Notes: a model not told the origin generated them from the letters alone. 64,000 nucleotides of DNA from a virus (IMGVR_UViG_3300013426_000013:61580-125579), one strand, 5' to 3'. Shown: positions 8,860-17,417, counted from the stretch's first letter. Made by a program: numbers and translations.

Positions 8860-10155
8860 ATGGTTGATAAAGTTTGTAAACTGTCTAGCGGTGCAACGTT
8901 TTTGTATAATCAGCAAGAAGACGATCTTTCATCGTTTGCTGTTTTGTTTGATGTTGGTTCTATTGACGAATTGGCAAATGAAAAGAAAGGTATTGCACAT
9001 TGTCTTGAACATATGATGTTTAAAGGTACGAAAACAAAAACAGCCGCTGAATTTCTTAACTTAATGGATAAGTTGGGGGTTGAGTCTAATGCTTTTACTT
9101 GTTTTGATGCCACTTGTTATCATGGTACATTTCATAACGATGATACAAAAGAAGTTATCAATTTGTTTGGTGAAATGTTAACTGAACCACGTTTCGATGA
9201 AAAAGATTTGGCTTTAGAAAAAGGTGTAATTCATCAAGAAATCATTATGTTTGAAAATAGTCCACAGGAACGTGCGCAACAACATGGTGTAAGTGTACTG
9301 TTTAAAGATACGCCTTTTGCAAGGCCTGTTATTGGGTATTGGAAAGATGTTAATGCGATTACATCTGATGACTTGCGTTCATTTATGCATAATCATTATA
9401 CACCCGCTAATTGCATTATTGCATATTCAGGTAAAACACCTTTTAATGAAGTGCGCAATATTGTTGAAGAATTTACAAAGAAATTCTCAAATAATAATGT
9501 TGTATACGAACGTGCGTCTGTACAGTTAAATTTAGGTGCTGATACTGTTGTTATTGAAGATAAAGAAACCAAACAGAATACAATTATGATTGGTGGTTCT
9601 TCATATACTTCAAACTCTATTGGTGGCGTTGCAAGCATCCTTGCAAAAGCTGTTTTAGCTGGCGGGTTGGCAAGTCGTTTAGTTAAGCGTATTCGTGAAG
9701 AATTAGGGTTGTGTTACTATATTGGGATTGCAAATGTCCCATCTATTAAAGATATTGTCACGCCACTAGTTGTTTGTATCACGGATAAAGATACAAAGAT
9801 GGTAGAGGCTGAAATCAAAAAAGTCATTGCTGAAGCCATTAAAAACGGTTTCGAAGATGAAGAAATTAAAGCTGTTAAAAAACATGGTGAGTTATGTTGT
9901 ATTCAGTCGAACATCAACCGTGATGATTATGCAGTTCGTATGTGTACAAATTATCAAGGTACAGGGAAGCTACCTTCACAGTTGTTGAAAACTAAAGTGT
10001 CTCGTTTTAAGAAAGCTTCTAAAAAATCTATCGAAGAAGCTGTTGATAAAATGTTTTGTGAGACAACTTCTATTCATGTAATCAAACCTGTTGAAAAAGA
10101 GTGCGCTGTTAAACGGTTCTTTAAAACAATCTTTAACCGATTGAATGAAGAATAA
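8860..10155 (+). CDS. M16-family (insulinase/pitrilysin-like) zinc peptidase
   Basis: 431 aa with the inverted zinc motif HCLEHMMFKGT (HxxEH) near the N-terminus, as in M16 peptidases. RBS AAAGGT. Confidence 0.8.
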   Translation: MVDKVCKLSSGATFLYNQQEDDLSSFAVLFDVGSIDELANEKKGIAHCLEHMMFKGTKTKTAAEFLNLMDKLGVESNAFTCFDATCYHGTFHNDDTKEVINLFGEMLTEPRFDEKDLALEKGVIHQEIIMFENSPQERAQQHGVSVLFKDTPFARPVIGYWKDVNAITSDDLRSFMHNHYTPANCIIAYSGKTPFNEVRNIVEEFTKKFSNNNVVYERASVQLNLGADTVVIEDKETKQNTIMIGGSSYTSNSIGGVASILAKAVLAGGLASRLVKRIREELGLCYYIGIANVPSIKDIVTPLVVCITDKDTKMVEAEIKKVIAEAIKNGFEDEEIKAVKKHGELCCIQSNINRDDYAVRMCTNYQGTGKLPSQLLKTKVSRFKKASKKSIEEAVDKMFCETTSIHVIKPVEKECAVKRFFKTIFNRLNEE

Positions 10156-10339
10156 TATGACACACGAATTTCCTTGCGTACATGAGTCTGAACTAAAAAG
10201 TCTTGCATTGTTCATTGTTGCGACAATGTTATTGATTGCTTGTCTATTCGGTTTTTATAGTTTAGGTAAAAATGAAGCTATTGAAGCTTTATGCCAAAAG
10301 CAACATTATGACTTTTGTGTAAAGAATAATAATAAATAA
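10145..10339 (+). CDS. small membrane protein
   Basis: 64 aa with one TM helix. It overlaps the preceding stop. Confidence 0.35.
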   Translation: MKNNMTHEFPCVHESELKSLALFIVATMLLIACLFGFYSLGKNEAIEALCQKQHYDFCVKNNNK

Positions 10340-10344
10340 CAATC

Positions 10345-10390
10345 GAATCACACGGTGTGTTTATACATGTCGTGTGATTTACTTTTTTTC
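10345..10390 (+). terminator. rho-independent terminator
   Basis: AATCACACG ... CGTGTGATT hairpin followed by TTTTTTTC. Confidence 0.55.
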
Positions 10391-10403
10391 TAATAGGTGA
10401 TTT

Positions 10404-10808
10404 ATGGCTGATACTGATATCGAAGAAAAAGTTTTACGGTATGCTTTAGCACAGATTGACGACAGTTATAGTTATAAAGAAGCTTTCAGCTTAACTGAAG
10501 AACAAAAACAAGTTTTAATTGAAATGAAAACTTGCACGCAGTCAGAAAAAGAAAAGTTGTTAGAAAAATATTATGCGGCTATTGAGTTTGAAAATTTAAA
10601 AACAGCATATCTAGAAAATTTGACCAAACAATATGTAAAGCATTTGAGAGAATGCTTAGATTTTTCTGTTGAGTTAGATTCAAAAGATATGCTTGAATTT
10701 GTTAAAGCTGAACGTGATTTAAGGAAAGTTGATTCTGAAAAAAAGTTTAATAATGAATGGCTTTTAGAGCGTTATAAAAATTTCTTTAATAAAGATTTTA
10801 TGTCATAA
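10404..10808 (+). CDS. hypothetical protein
   Basis: 134 aa, acidic/helical, with a GGTGA RBS. Confidence 0.45.
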   Translation: MADTDIEEKVLRYALAQIDDSYSYKEAFSLTEEQKQVLIEMKTCTQSEKEKLLEKYYAAIEFENLKTAYLENLTKQYVKHLRECLDFSVELDSKDMLEFVKAERDLRKVDSEKKFNNEWLLERYKNFFNKDFMS

Positions 10809-10871
10809 AGAAATTATAAAAAGCAAAAGATAATTAATGATAGTTTAAACAAGTATAATATAGATTTTGAA

Positions 10872-11075
10872 TTGAAAGAATCTTTTGAAAAGAGTTGGCG
10901 AAATTGGAAAATAAATAAAGATTTGATAAACATAAATTTACAGCCTGAACCTTTATACTCAACTACTTTTGAGGAATTGGAACGTTTTACTCAAACACTA
11001 GAAAAGAATTTAGGAAAGACTAGAAAACAAATTGTTCAAGAAATTAAAGAAATGATAAAAAGTGAAAATTTCTGA
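10872..11075 (+). CDS. truncated copy of the C-terminal domain of the duplicated HExxH family
   Basis: 67 aa. Its last ~45 aa (PLYSTTFEELERFTQTLEKNLGKTRKQIVQEIKEMIKSENF) are near-identical to the C-termini of the two downstream paralogs. Confidence 0.4.
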   Translation: MKESFEKSWRNWKINKDLININLQPEPLYSTTFEELERFTQTLEKNLGKTRKQIVQEIKEMIKSENF

Positions 11076-11968
11076 TGAATGATACTTTAAACAAATTTAT
11101 CAAACGTTGGTCTACACCAAATTATAAAAGAATGATGTGTTTAGAAGAGTCTTTTTATAAAGATTATATTGCAGCTTTAACATATTATAAAACTGTAATT
11201 GGTTTGTTGGATGACTACACTTCATTTAAGAATGAAGAAGATAGTGTTATAAAGAACAATTTCTTTAAAGAATTGAATGCAATATATTTAAAAATAAATG
11301 ATAAGCAACCTTCTATATCGTTCAGTTTTAATAAAAACATAAAAGAAATTTCTGGAAACTTTATGCAATTTAAATTTCCTGGAATCATAACTATTGCTGT
11401 ATTTAGATTGTTTAATAAAATTCCTAATACAATAAGTGAAGGTGTTGCTTTTGTGAAAAAAGCAATTAATACTGATTTAACAGTTTTAATGTCAATTTTG
11501 CATGAATACTTTCATTTTTTGTTTGAGAACGGTTTGTCAACAGAGGAGTTTCAAATGCTTAACAACAATACTAAAGAATCTGAATTTAATTCATATACAA
11601 AAGAGTTAATGATTCAATTATTGGCATCAAATGACAATAAATTCTTTTCAAAAGAAGGTGATTTAAAGAAAGCCTATCACGAATTTGAAGATACTATTGA
11701 AACAAAGAAGAATTTGCTGCAAATTTGCAATGATGAGAAATTGATTCTAGATACATTGTTTCAATACAATAAAAGTTATGAGTTGAAAGAATCTTTTGAT
11801 ATAAGAGCCGAAATTGATATGTTAACGTTACGACGTACCAAACCTTTATATACAACAACACTTGACGATTTGGAAAAGTTTACTCAAACACTAGAAAAGA
11901 ATTTAGGAAAGACTAGAGAACAGATCTTTCAAGAAATTAAAGAAATGATAAAGAGTAAAAATTTCTGA
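11075..11968 (+). CDS. HExxH-motif protein, duplicated family copy 1
   Basis: 297 aa containing ILHEYFHFLFENG (HExxH). It is the tandem paralog of the 11968-12854 gene. Confidence 0.55.
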   Translation: MNDTLNKFIKRWSTPNYKRMMCLEESFYKDYIAALTYYKTVIGLLDDYTSFKNEEDSVIKNNFFKELNAIYLKINDKQPSISFSFNKNIKEISGNFMQFKFPGIITIAVFRLFNKIPNTISEGVAFVKKAINTDLTVLMSILHEYFHFLFENGLSTEEFQMLNNNTKESEFNSYTKELMIQLLASNDNKFFSKEGDLKKAYHEFEDTIETKKNLLQICNDEKLILDTLFQYNKSYELKESFDIRAEIDMLTLRRTKPLYTTTLDDLEKFTQTLEKNLGKTREQIFQEIKEMIKSKNF

Positions 11969-12854
11969 TGAGCGATACTTTAAATAGATTTAAAAGAAGA
12001 TGGTCTACGCCAAATTATAAAAGAATGATGTGTTTAGAAGAATCTTTCTATAAAGATTATGCAATAGCGTCTACTTTTTATGTTGCCAATCTAAAGCAAT
12101 TGGATAATGCCAACTATTTCAAATTTAATAGTCAAAATATCTTAAATAATTTTGTCTCTTTTCAATCGATTGTTGTACAAATAAATAACAAGCAGCCAAC
12201 GTTATCCTTTAATTTTAATAAAAATATAAACGGTATTTCTGGAAACTTTAACCAAATAATGTACCATGACCTTATAACAATACCTTTATTTCATTACTGT
12301 AACAAAGTACCGGAAACAATAGAAGAAGGCATTAACTTAATTAAGCAATTAATAAAAGAAAATGAATTGATATCAGTATCAATTTTGCACGAATACTTTC
12401 ATTTTTTGTTTGAAAATGGTTTATCAACAGAGGAATTTAAAATGTTTAATGATAAAACAATGCGTTCAGAATTTAATAATTTAATTCATTTACAAAAGAA
12501 TTGATGGTTCAGTTATTATCTTCTAACGAAGATAAACACTTTAACACTGAAGAAGATTTAAAAAGGGCATATGAGAATTTCAAAGATAAATTAGAAACAA
12601 AAAAGAATTTATTACAGTTTTGTAATGATGAAAAATTAATTTTAGATACGCTAATCAAATACAATAAAGATTTTGAATTGAAAGAAGCCTCGGAAACAAG
12701 ATGGCAAATAGATTTAATCAATTTACAATCCGAACCTTTATATTCGACTACTTTTGAAGAATTGGAACAGTTTACACAAATGCTAGAAAATAGTTTAGGA
12801 AATACCAGAAAACAAATTGTTCAAAGTATTTTAGACATGGCTAATAAGAATTAA
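11968..12854 (+). pseudogene. HExxH-motif protein, duplicated copy 2, disrupted by an 8-bp tandem duplication (frameshift)
   Basis: Two overlapping ORFs (11968-12504 and 12501-12854) together align end-to-end with copy 1. Around 12480-12495 copy 2 reads GAATTTAATAATTTAATTCAT where copy 1 has GAATTTAATTCAT, an AATTTAAT duplication giving a +2 frameshift. Confidence 0.5.
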
Positions 12855-12882
12855 TAAGAATTAGAAAGAAGTGAGTCAGCGC

Positions 12883-12898
12883 GATTGCAATTGCAATC
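12883..12898. promoter_or_regulatory. perfect 16-bp palindrome GATTGCAATTGCAATC (candidate operator)
   Basis: An exact reverse-complement palindrome at the start of a ~1.2-kb ORF-free region, followed by the GAAGTTCGAAGTTC direct repeat flanked by TTGAATT/AATTCAA. Confidence 0.35.
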
Positions 12899-13687
12899 AA
12901 TTCAATTCAAAAAAGTTGAATTACTGAAGTTCGAAGTTCAAATTCAAATTTCAAAAGCTTTCCTTTCTTTTTAAGAAAACATACCAAACCAAATAAATAT
13001 AATTAAAAAGGAGAAAATAGAAAAAAATTTATTTAAGATAGTGAACTGATAAAACCATCATGTTGTGTGTAGGTGTTTACTAGCATGAGGCTCAGTGCAG
13101 GTTTCTTTCCGCTGTTTTCCTGTTGACGATAAAAACAAGTAAAGTGTTGCTATTAAAAATTTATTTTATTATTGAATAATTTTGAAACAAGTGTGTTACG
13201 GTTTGAAGAATAAACGATAACTTCAAAATTAAGGTAGTAAATCGAAATCTCAATAACAAATTTAGCAATGCTGGGATCACCTAATGGCCTACTAAATTCG
13301 GTGTCTAAATAATTATATAGTGGGAGTTTCAGCCCTGTAATGCAATCGTTTTAGAGAACGGTGAAAGATTGGGGTTTGTAGAGGTTATAAAGGCCACTAC
13401 AGGAAACAGGTTCTTTTGTGGGTGAAGATTTAAGCAATTAAATCGCAGCGTGGATCTGATGTCTTACTGTTTGACTTTCCCCGGATCCAATGGTCGGTAC
13501 GTTAATCCGATACCTGATAACTGAAAGAAGAAACACTTTAAAGTCTTAATGCCTAATTGTTCCAATGTTTGGTGGTTTAGCAGTTTTCACCCCAAACAAT
13601 CTTTAGACTATTGCCTAATTAAATTTAGTGAAGAATATTGTGATAAAGCTGTAAAAATAAAATTTTCAACATCACTTAAAAAAGTTC

Positions 13688-13716
13688 TTGACATTCATAA
13701 CTGATTTTGATAATTT
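13688..13716 (+). promoter_or_regulatory. sigma70-like promoter (AAAGTTCTTGACATTCA box), copy 1
   Basis: AAAGTTCTTGACATTCA followed by GATAAT. The same 17-mer recurs at 15228-15244 ahead of the second tRNA group. Confidence 0.45.
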
Positions 13717-14031
13717 AGTTTTTGTCAGGTGATGAACTTGATATTGAGATTTTAAAAATAGTGAATATGATTTCCATACTTAAGGAAAACCTCATCGTGG
13801 TTGTATGGTCTAGTAACTGTTTAGCAATGTTATCTCATCTCCAAATTCATCCTCTCTAAACAGTGAAGCCAATTTCCTTTCTTCTTCATAAAACAGCCTT
13901 GACGTGGCGAAGAAGCTCTAGTAGTTTACATTTGTAAACGAAGCTAATGTTTGACATAATTTACTCTCTTAAAAGTAGTCGCGAAAGTGTGAGTGGTGTG
14001 ATTGTTAAAACAGTTACACCACTCATTTCTT

Positions 14032-14122
14032 GGATACATGGTTGAGTGGTCTAAAACAGCGGTTTGCTAAACCGTCGAACAATGAAAGTTGTTCCGCAAG
14101 TTCGAATCTTGCTGTATCCGCC
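14032..14122 (+). tRNA. tRNA-Ser (anticodon GCU), type II
   Basis: Hand-folded cloverleaf: acceptor GGATACA/TGTATCC, anticodon stem GCGGT/ACCGT with loop TTGCTAA, long variable arm, T-arm GCAAG-TTCGAAT-CTTGC, encoded CCA. Confidence 0.75.
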
Positions 14123-14149
14123 AAAAGTTTCTGTAGAAGATACAGATTA

Positions 14150-14244
14150 TGCCCCTGTCGTTCAACGGTTAGGACACTCGGCTTATACCCGGGCGAGCAG
14201 CTGATATCTGCGAAATCACAGTTCGAATCTGTGCGGGGGTACCA
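14150..14244 (+). tRNA. type-II tRNA with predicted anticodon UAU (isotype ambiguous)
   Basis: Acceptor GCCCCTG/CGGGGGT (two G-U pairs), D-stem GTTC/GGAC, anticodon stem CTCGG/CCGGG with loop CTTATAC, 23-nt variable arm with GCAG/CTGC stem, T-arm CACAG-TTCGAAT-CTGTG, encoded CCA. Confidence 0.55.
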
Positions 14245-14252
14245 ATTTTAAT

Positions 14253-15107
14253 TTGCATTTTGAAAGTTGGGTAGACATGCAATATTTAACGAAACCTTTT
14301 GTAAAATGGGTTGGTGGTAAAAAACAACTTCTTGAGAAATTAAGATCTTGTATGCCTAAAGACTATAATCGTTATTACGAACCTTTTATCGGTGGCGGGG
14401 CCTTGTTGTTTAATATTCAACCTAAAGATGCTGTTATTAACGATACAAATAGTCAGTTAATAAATGTTTATAATCAATTAAAAATAAACATTGAAGACGT
14501 TATAAAAACGGTGAATACTCTAGACGGTAAAATTTGTGATGAAGATTATTATCTAGAAATTCGTGACCGTTATAATTCAAAAATCAACTCAAAAGAGTTA
14601 GATGCTGAATGTGCATCTTTAATGATTTGGCTTAATAAACATTGTTTTAATGGGTTGTATAGGGTCAATTCAAAAGGGTTGTTTAACGTTCCGTATAACA
14701 ATAAAGTTGATGGCGTTTCAATTGATGAATGTAATTTGCGAAACATCAGTAATTATTTAAATTTGAATAATATTGATATTCGTGAAGGTGATTTTGAGGA
14801 TGCTTGCAATGATGTGAAAAAAGGTGATTTCGTTTATTTCGATTCTCCATATGTTCCTGAAAGCAAGACGGCAAACTTTACTGATTATACAAAAGATGGG
14901 TTTACTCTAAACGACCATAAACGTTTAGCAAGTCTGTTTTGTTCATTGGATAAAATCGGCGCTTTTGTTGTGTTGAGTAATAACGATGTGCAATTGGTCC
15001 ATGAAATGTACGAACAGTATAATATAATCCCTGTTGATGTGCGTCGTTCAGTAAACAGTGATGCATCAAAAAGAAAAGGTAAAGAAGTTATTATTAAGAA
15101 TTTTTGA
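14253..15107 (+). CDS. dam: DNA adenine (N6) methyltransferase, Dam-like
   Basis: Motifs KWVGGKK, EPFIGGGA (motif I, SAM binding) and FDSPYVPE (DPPY catalytic motif), in the Dam/DpnII/T4 Dam order. The true start is probably the internal ATG at 14277 (MQYLTKPF). Confidence 0.85.
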   Translation: MHFESWVDMQYLTKPFVKWVGGKKQLLEKLRSCMPKDYNRYYEPFIGGGALLFNIQPKDAVINDTNSQLINVYNQLKINIEDVIKTVNTLDGKICDEDYYLEIRDRYNSKINSKELDAECASLMIWLNKHCFNGLYRVNSKGLFNVPYNNKVDGVSIDECNLRNISNYLNLNNIDIREGDFEDACNDVKKGDFVYFDSPYVPESKTANFTDYTKDGFTLNDHKRLASLFCSLDKIGAFVVLSNNDVQLVHEMYEQYNIIPVDVRRSVNSDASKRKGKEVIIKNF

Positions 15108-15118
15108 TGATAACTTTT

Positions 15119-15204
15119 GGGTAGGTGGCCGAGTGGTTAATGGCAGCAGACTGTAAATCTGCCCGCGAAAGCGTACGGTTGTTCGAATCAACCCCTACCC
15201 ACCA
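15119..15204 (+). tRNA. tRNA-Tyr (anticodon GUA), type II
   Basis: Acceptor GGGTAGG/CCTACCC, anticodon stem GCAGA/TCTGC with loop CTGTAAA, variable arm, T-arm GGTTG-TTCGAAT-CAACC, encoded CCA. Confidence 0.8.
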
Positions 15205-15234
15205 AACTTTTTGGAAATTATGATAAAAAAGTTC

Positions 15235-15263
15235 TTGACATTCAGTTCTTAATTTGCTATAAA
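15235..15263 (+). promoter_or_regulatory. sigma70-like promoter (AAAGTTCTTGACATTCA box), copy 2
   Basis: TTGACA at 15235-15240, a 17-nt spacer and TATAAA at 15258-15263. The upstream 17-mer is identical to that at 13683. Confidence 0.5.
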
Positions 15264-15303
15264 GAATATAGCAAGACGAGATGTTAAACATTGTAAATAA
15301 GAA

Positions 15304-15340
15304 CCACCAAGTGAACAAATACCTCTACGTGGTTTGGTGG
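15304..15340 (+). ncRNA. conserved hairpin with ACGTGGTTT loop, copy 1
   Basis: CCACCAA ... TTGGTGG stem enclosing a loop that ends CTCTACGTGGTT. Copy 2 has a different stem but the same loop. Confidence 0.4.
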
Positions 15341-15479
15341 ACAAGTAACCAGAAGTAAACCGTGCTATTTAGCTATTTAGCATAAGCATAAATTCTGGCC
15401 GGAAACTAAAATTTGTTCTATCAATGAAAAGCGTGCTTTTAAAGGTTTGTGTATAAACAAAATTTTATATGCAAACCCT

Positions 15480-15516
15480 CCTTCATCAAGCTGAAAACCT
15501 TTACGTGGTTTGAAGG
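15480..15516 (+). ncRNA. conserved hairpin with ACGTGGTTT loop, copy 2
   Basis: CCTTCA ... TGAAGG stem with loop ... CTTTACGTGGTT. A third, degenerate copy lies at 16420-16440 (CCTTCACGTGGTTTTGAATG). Confidence 0.4.
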
Positions 15517-16232
15517 ATAAGTAGCAACCTTCTACTGTTTATTTTCAAGAGCGAAGCATTGATTGTAAACTGTTGCGAAACAAAAGTTCAGCTATGTAAC
15601 AATTGATGAAATTTCTGCATCTTTTGTTGCTTTTGATGTTAGTTTTAAACCGTTGTAATCCCAAATTTAGCGTACGATAATGCGGGAAAACATATTTGTT
15701 ATAGCAGTTTGAGACTATTGCAAGCTATTTGTTTAGCCGTTTTTAGGAAAGTTTTGGTGTTAAAAACTTCCTATTTCTCATAGCGGAAAGATTTATAGGT
15801 CTCTCTTTATTGAAAAGAGTCAGTTCAATTCTGAATTCCGCGTAGGTAACAATATTGTCGAAAGATGATATTGTTTCAGGTAATTCGCGATAGTCAGTAC
15901 CTGTCAAAAACCTGGCAATTAGATAAATTGAAATATATTTATCTATTAGGTTCCTAAAACCTGTCATCAAAATTTAGGCATCAAGATTGTTTCTTGCAGG
16001 TTTCTTGTTCACCTGACAAAAGCAATAAGCAGTACAAACGCTGTAGAATCGTTTGTGGGTTTGTCGTTGCCCATATACCGACCAGAAATGATACTTGCTG
16101 ATATGATAGAAGTTCCGCTAGACTGATGATCTTCATGTAAAGTGCGACAAGCTTTACTTTATGACATTCTTAATTGAATGCTGTCAAAGGTTTTGTGTGT
16201 TGTACCAGCGTAGCAAAACAATACACGGTTAA

Positions 16233-16307
16233 GCCGATGTAGCACAACGGTAGTGCAACTGATTTGTAATCAGTAGGTTCTTGGTTCGAATCCGAGCATC
16301 GGCACCA
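16233..16307 (+). tRNA. tRNA-Thr (anticodon UGU)
   Basis: Acceptor GCCGATG/CATCGGC, anticodon stem ACTGA/TCAGT with loop TTTGTAA, T-arm with TTCGAAT, encoded CCA. Confidence 0.75.
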
Positions 16308-16507
16308 GTTGTTTAGGTGTTTTGCAGGGTTTAATTTTACTCGCTCGTTAAACCTTCCTTTCAAAATTCTCATCATCTCTAATTTTGATAAATGCAAAAC
16401 AGTTCAATTCGTTTGTTTACCTTCACGTGGTTTTGAATGTGAGTAGCTTAAGTTTTTAACAATTGTCGTAGATCGTTTACTTAAGTGAAACTAAATGACA
16501 AACAAAT

Positions 16508-16595
16508 GCCCTCTTGATGGAATCGGTAGACATAAGAGACTTAAAATCTCTTGCAATTTATTTGCGTGCCAGTTCAAGTCTGGCAGAGGGCACCA
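16508..16595 (+). tRNA. tRNA-Leu (anticodon UAA), type II
   Basis: Acceptor GCCCTCT/AGAGGGC, anticodon stem AGAGA/TCTCT with loop CTTAAAA, long variable arm, T-arm CCAGT-TCAAGTC-TGG, encoded CCA. Confidence 0.75.
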
Positions 16596-16598
16596 TTC

Positions 16599-16690
16599 GG
16601 GTGGTTGGTAGAGTGGTTGAATACAACGGTCTTGAAAACCGTCGAACATAGGAATATGTTCCGTGCGTTCGAATCGCACACCACCCGCCA
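16599..16690 (+). tRNA. tRNA-Ser (anticodon UGA), type II
   Basis: Acceptor GGGTGGT/ACCACCC, anticodon stem ACGGT/ACCGT with loop CTTGAAA, long variable arm, T-arm GCGTTCGAATCGC, encoded CCA. Confidence 0.75.
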
Positions 16691-16697
16691 AATTTAA

Positions 16698-16774
16698 CGG
16701 GGTTTAGCGCAGTCTGGTAGCGCGTCTGCCTTGGGAGCAGAAGTTCGAGTGTTCAAGTCACTCAATCCCGACCA
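16698..16774 (+). tRNA. tRNA-Pro (anticodon UGG)
   Basis: Acceptor CGGGGTT/AATCCCG (one G-U pair), anticodon stem TCTGC/GCAGA with loop CTTGGGA, T-arm GAGTG-TTCAAGT-CACTC, encoded CCA. Confidence 0.7.
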
Positions 16775-16779
16775 ATTCT

Positions 16780-16854
16780 TCCGTGATAGCTCAATGGTAG
16801 AGCAATCGGCTGTTAACCGATTGGTTGTAGGTTCGAATCCTACTCGCGGAGCCA
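16780..16854 (+). tRNA. tRNA-Asn (anticodon GUU)
   Basis: Acceptor TCCGTGA/TCGCGGA, anticodon stem ATCGG/CCGAT with loop CTGTTAA, T-arm GTAGG-TTCGAAT-CCTAC, encoded CCA. Confidence 0.75.
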
Positions 16855-16946
16855 ATTATATCTTTTTACTGTTCGATGCAACTACGCTTTCCATATTGCG
16901 TTTGTAAAGCTCTTGTCAGTTCTGCTGTTGCTAAAACTGAAGACAT

Positions 16947-17033
<87 letters not shown>

Positions 17034-17098
17034 AATTGTGAATTTGCAACAACCTTTTCTTTCCTTTCGGGTTGTTGCCAGCCAATGAGTGAAGGCTG

Positions 17099-17132
17099 AA
17101 GTTACAACTTTCTCAAGAGTGAAAGTTGTAAC
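17099..17132 (+). ncRNA. perfect 12-bp hairpin inside a ~300-nt ORF-free structured spacer
   Basis: AGTTACAACTTT-ctcaagagtg-AAAGTTGTAACT. The surrounding 17034-17342 also has the CAACAACC ... GGTTGTTG hairpin and a long-range GAGCATTGAGAGAG / CTCTCAATGCTC pairing. Confidence 0.4.
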
Positions 17133-17342
17133 TCAACGACATATGGCAAACATCTTGTTTGACGTTTGTTCATTGTCCTCAACGGGTGAGTTCTCTACTC
17201 CTTATGAAAAATCGAGCATTGAGAGAGCTAGTAAAATGCTTGTTTATAATGCAAGTTAAATCTTCGTGAAGAGAGTTTTTGCATAGCACCCCTGTTGAAA
17301 CGGTGATAATTTTACTGTCCTCTCAATGCTCGTGACAATTAC

Positions 17343-17417
17343 TTTCGGGATCGACTAAAGGTAGGTCAGCACACTTTGACTGTGCTAAGGTTGGTTCAAG
17401 TCCAGCTCCCGAAACCA
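17343..17417 (+). tRNA. tRNA-Gln (anticodon UUG)
   Basis: Acceptor TTTCGGG/CCCGAAA, anticodon stem GCACA/TGTGC with loop CTTTGAC, T-arm GTTGG-TTCAAGT-CCAGC, encoded CCA. Confidence 0.7.

Noticed and set aside
12860-14030. Possibility of a tmRNA or RNase P RNA in the ORF-free region
   Set aside because: I could not find the tRNA-like acceptor/T-arm pairing with a tag-peptide reading frame (tmRNA), nor the conserved RNase P P4 sequences by eye. It is left as an unclassified candidate ncRNA region rather than a named call.
14030-14251. 73-aa plus-strand ORF overlapping tRNA-Ser(GCU) and the type-II tRNA
   Set aside because: It lies entirely on two cloverleaf tRNA sequences, has no RBS, and the ORF is an artefact of the GC-richer tRNA sequence.
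15094-16691. Minus-strand ORFs 15094-15318, 15743-15970, 16170-16397 and 16491-16691 in the tRNA region
   Set aside because: They overlap tRNA genes or structured spacers on the opposite strand and have no RBS. The tRNA and hairpin interpretation explains the sequence better.
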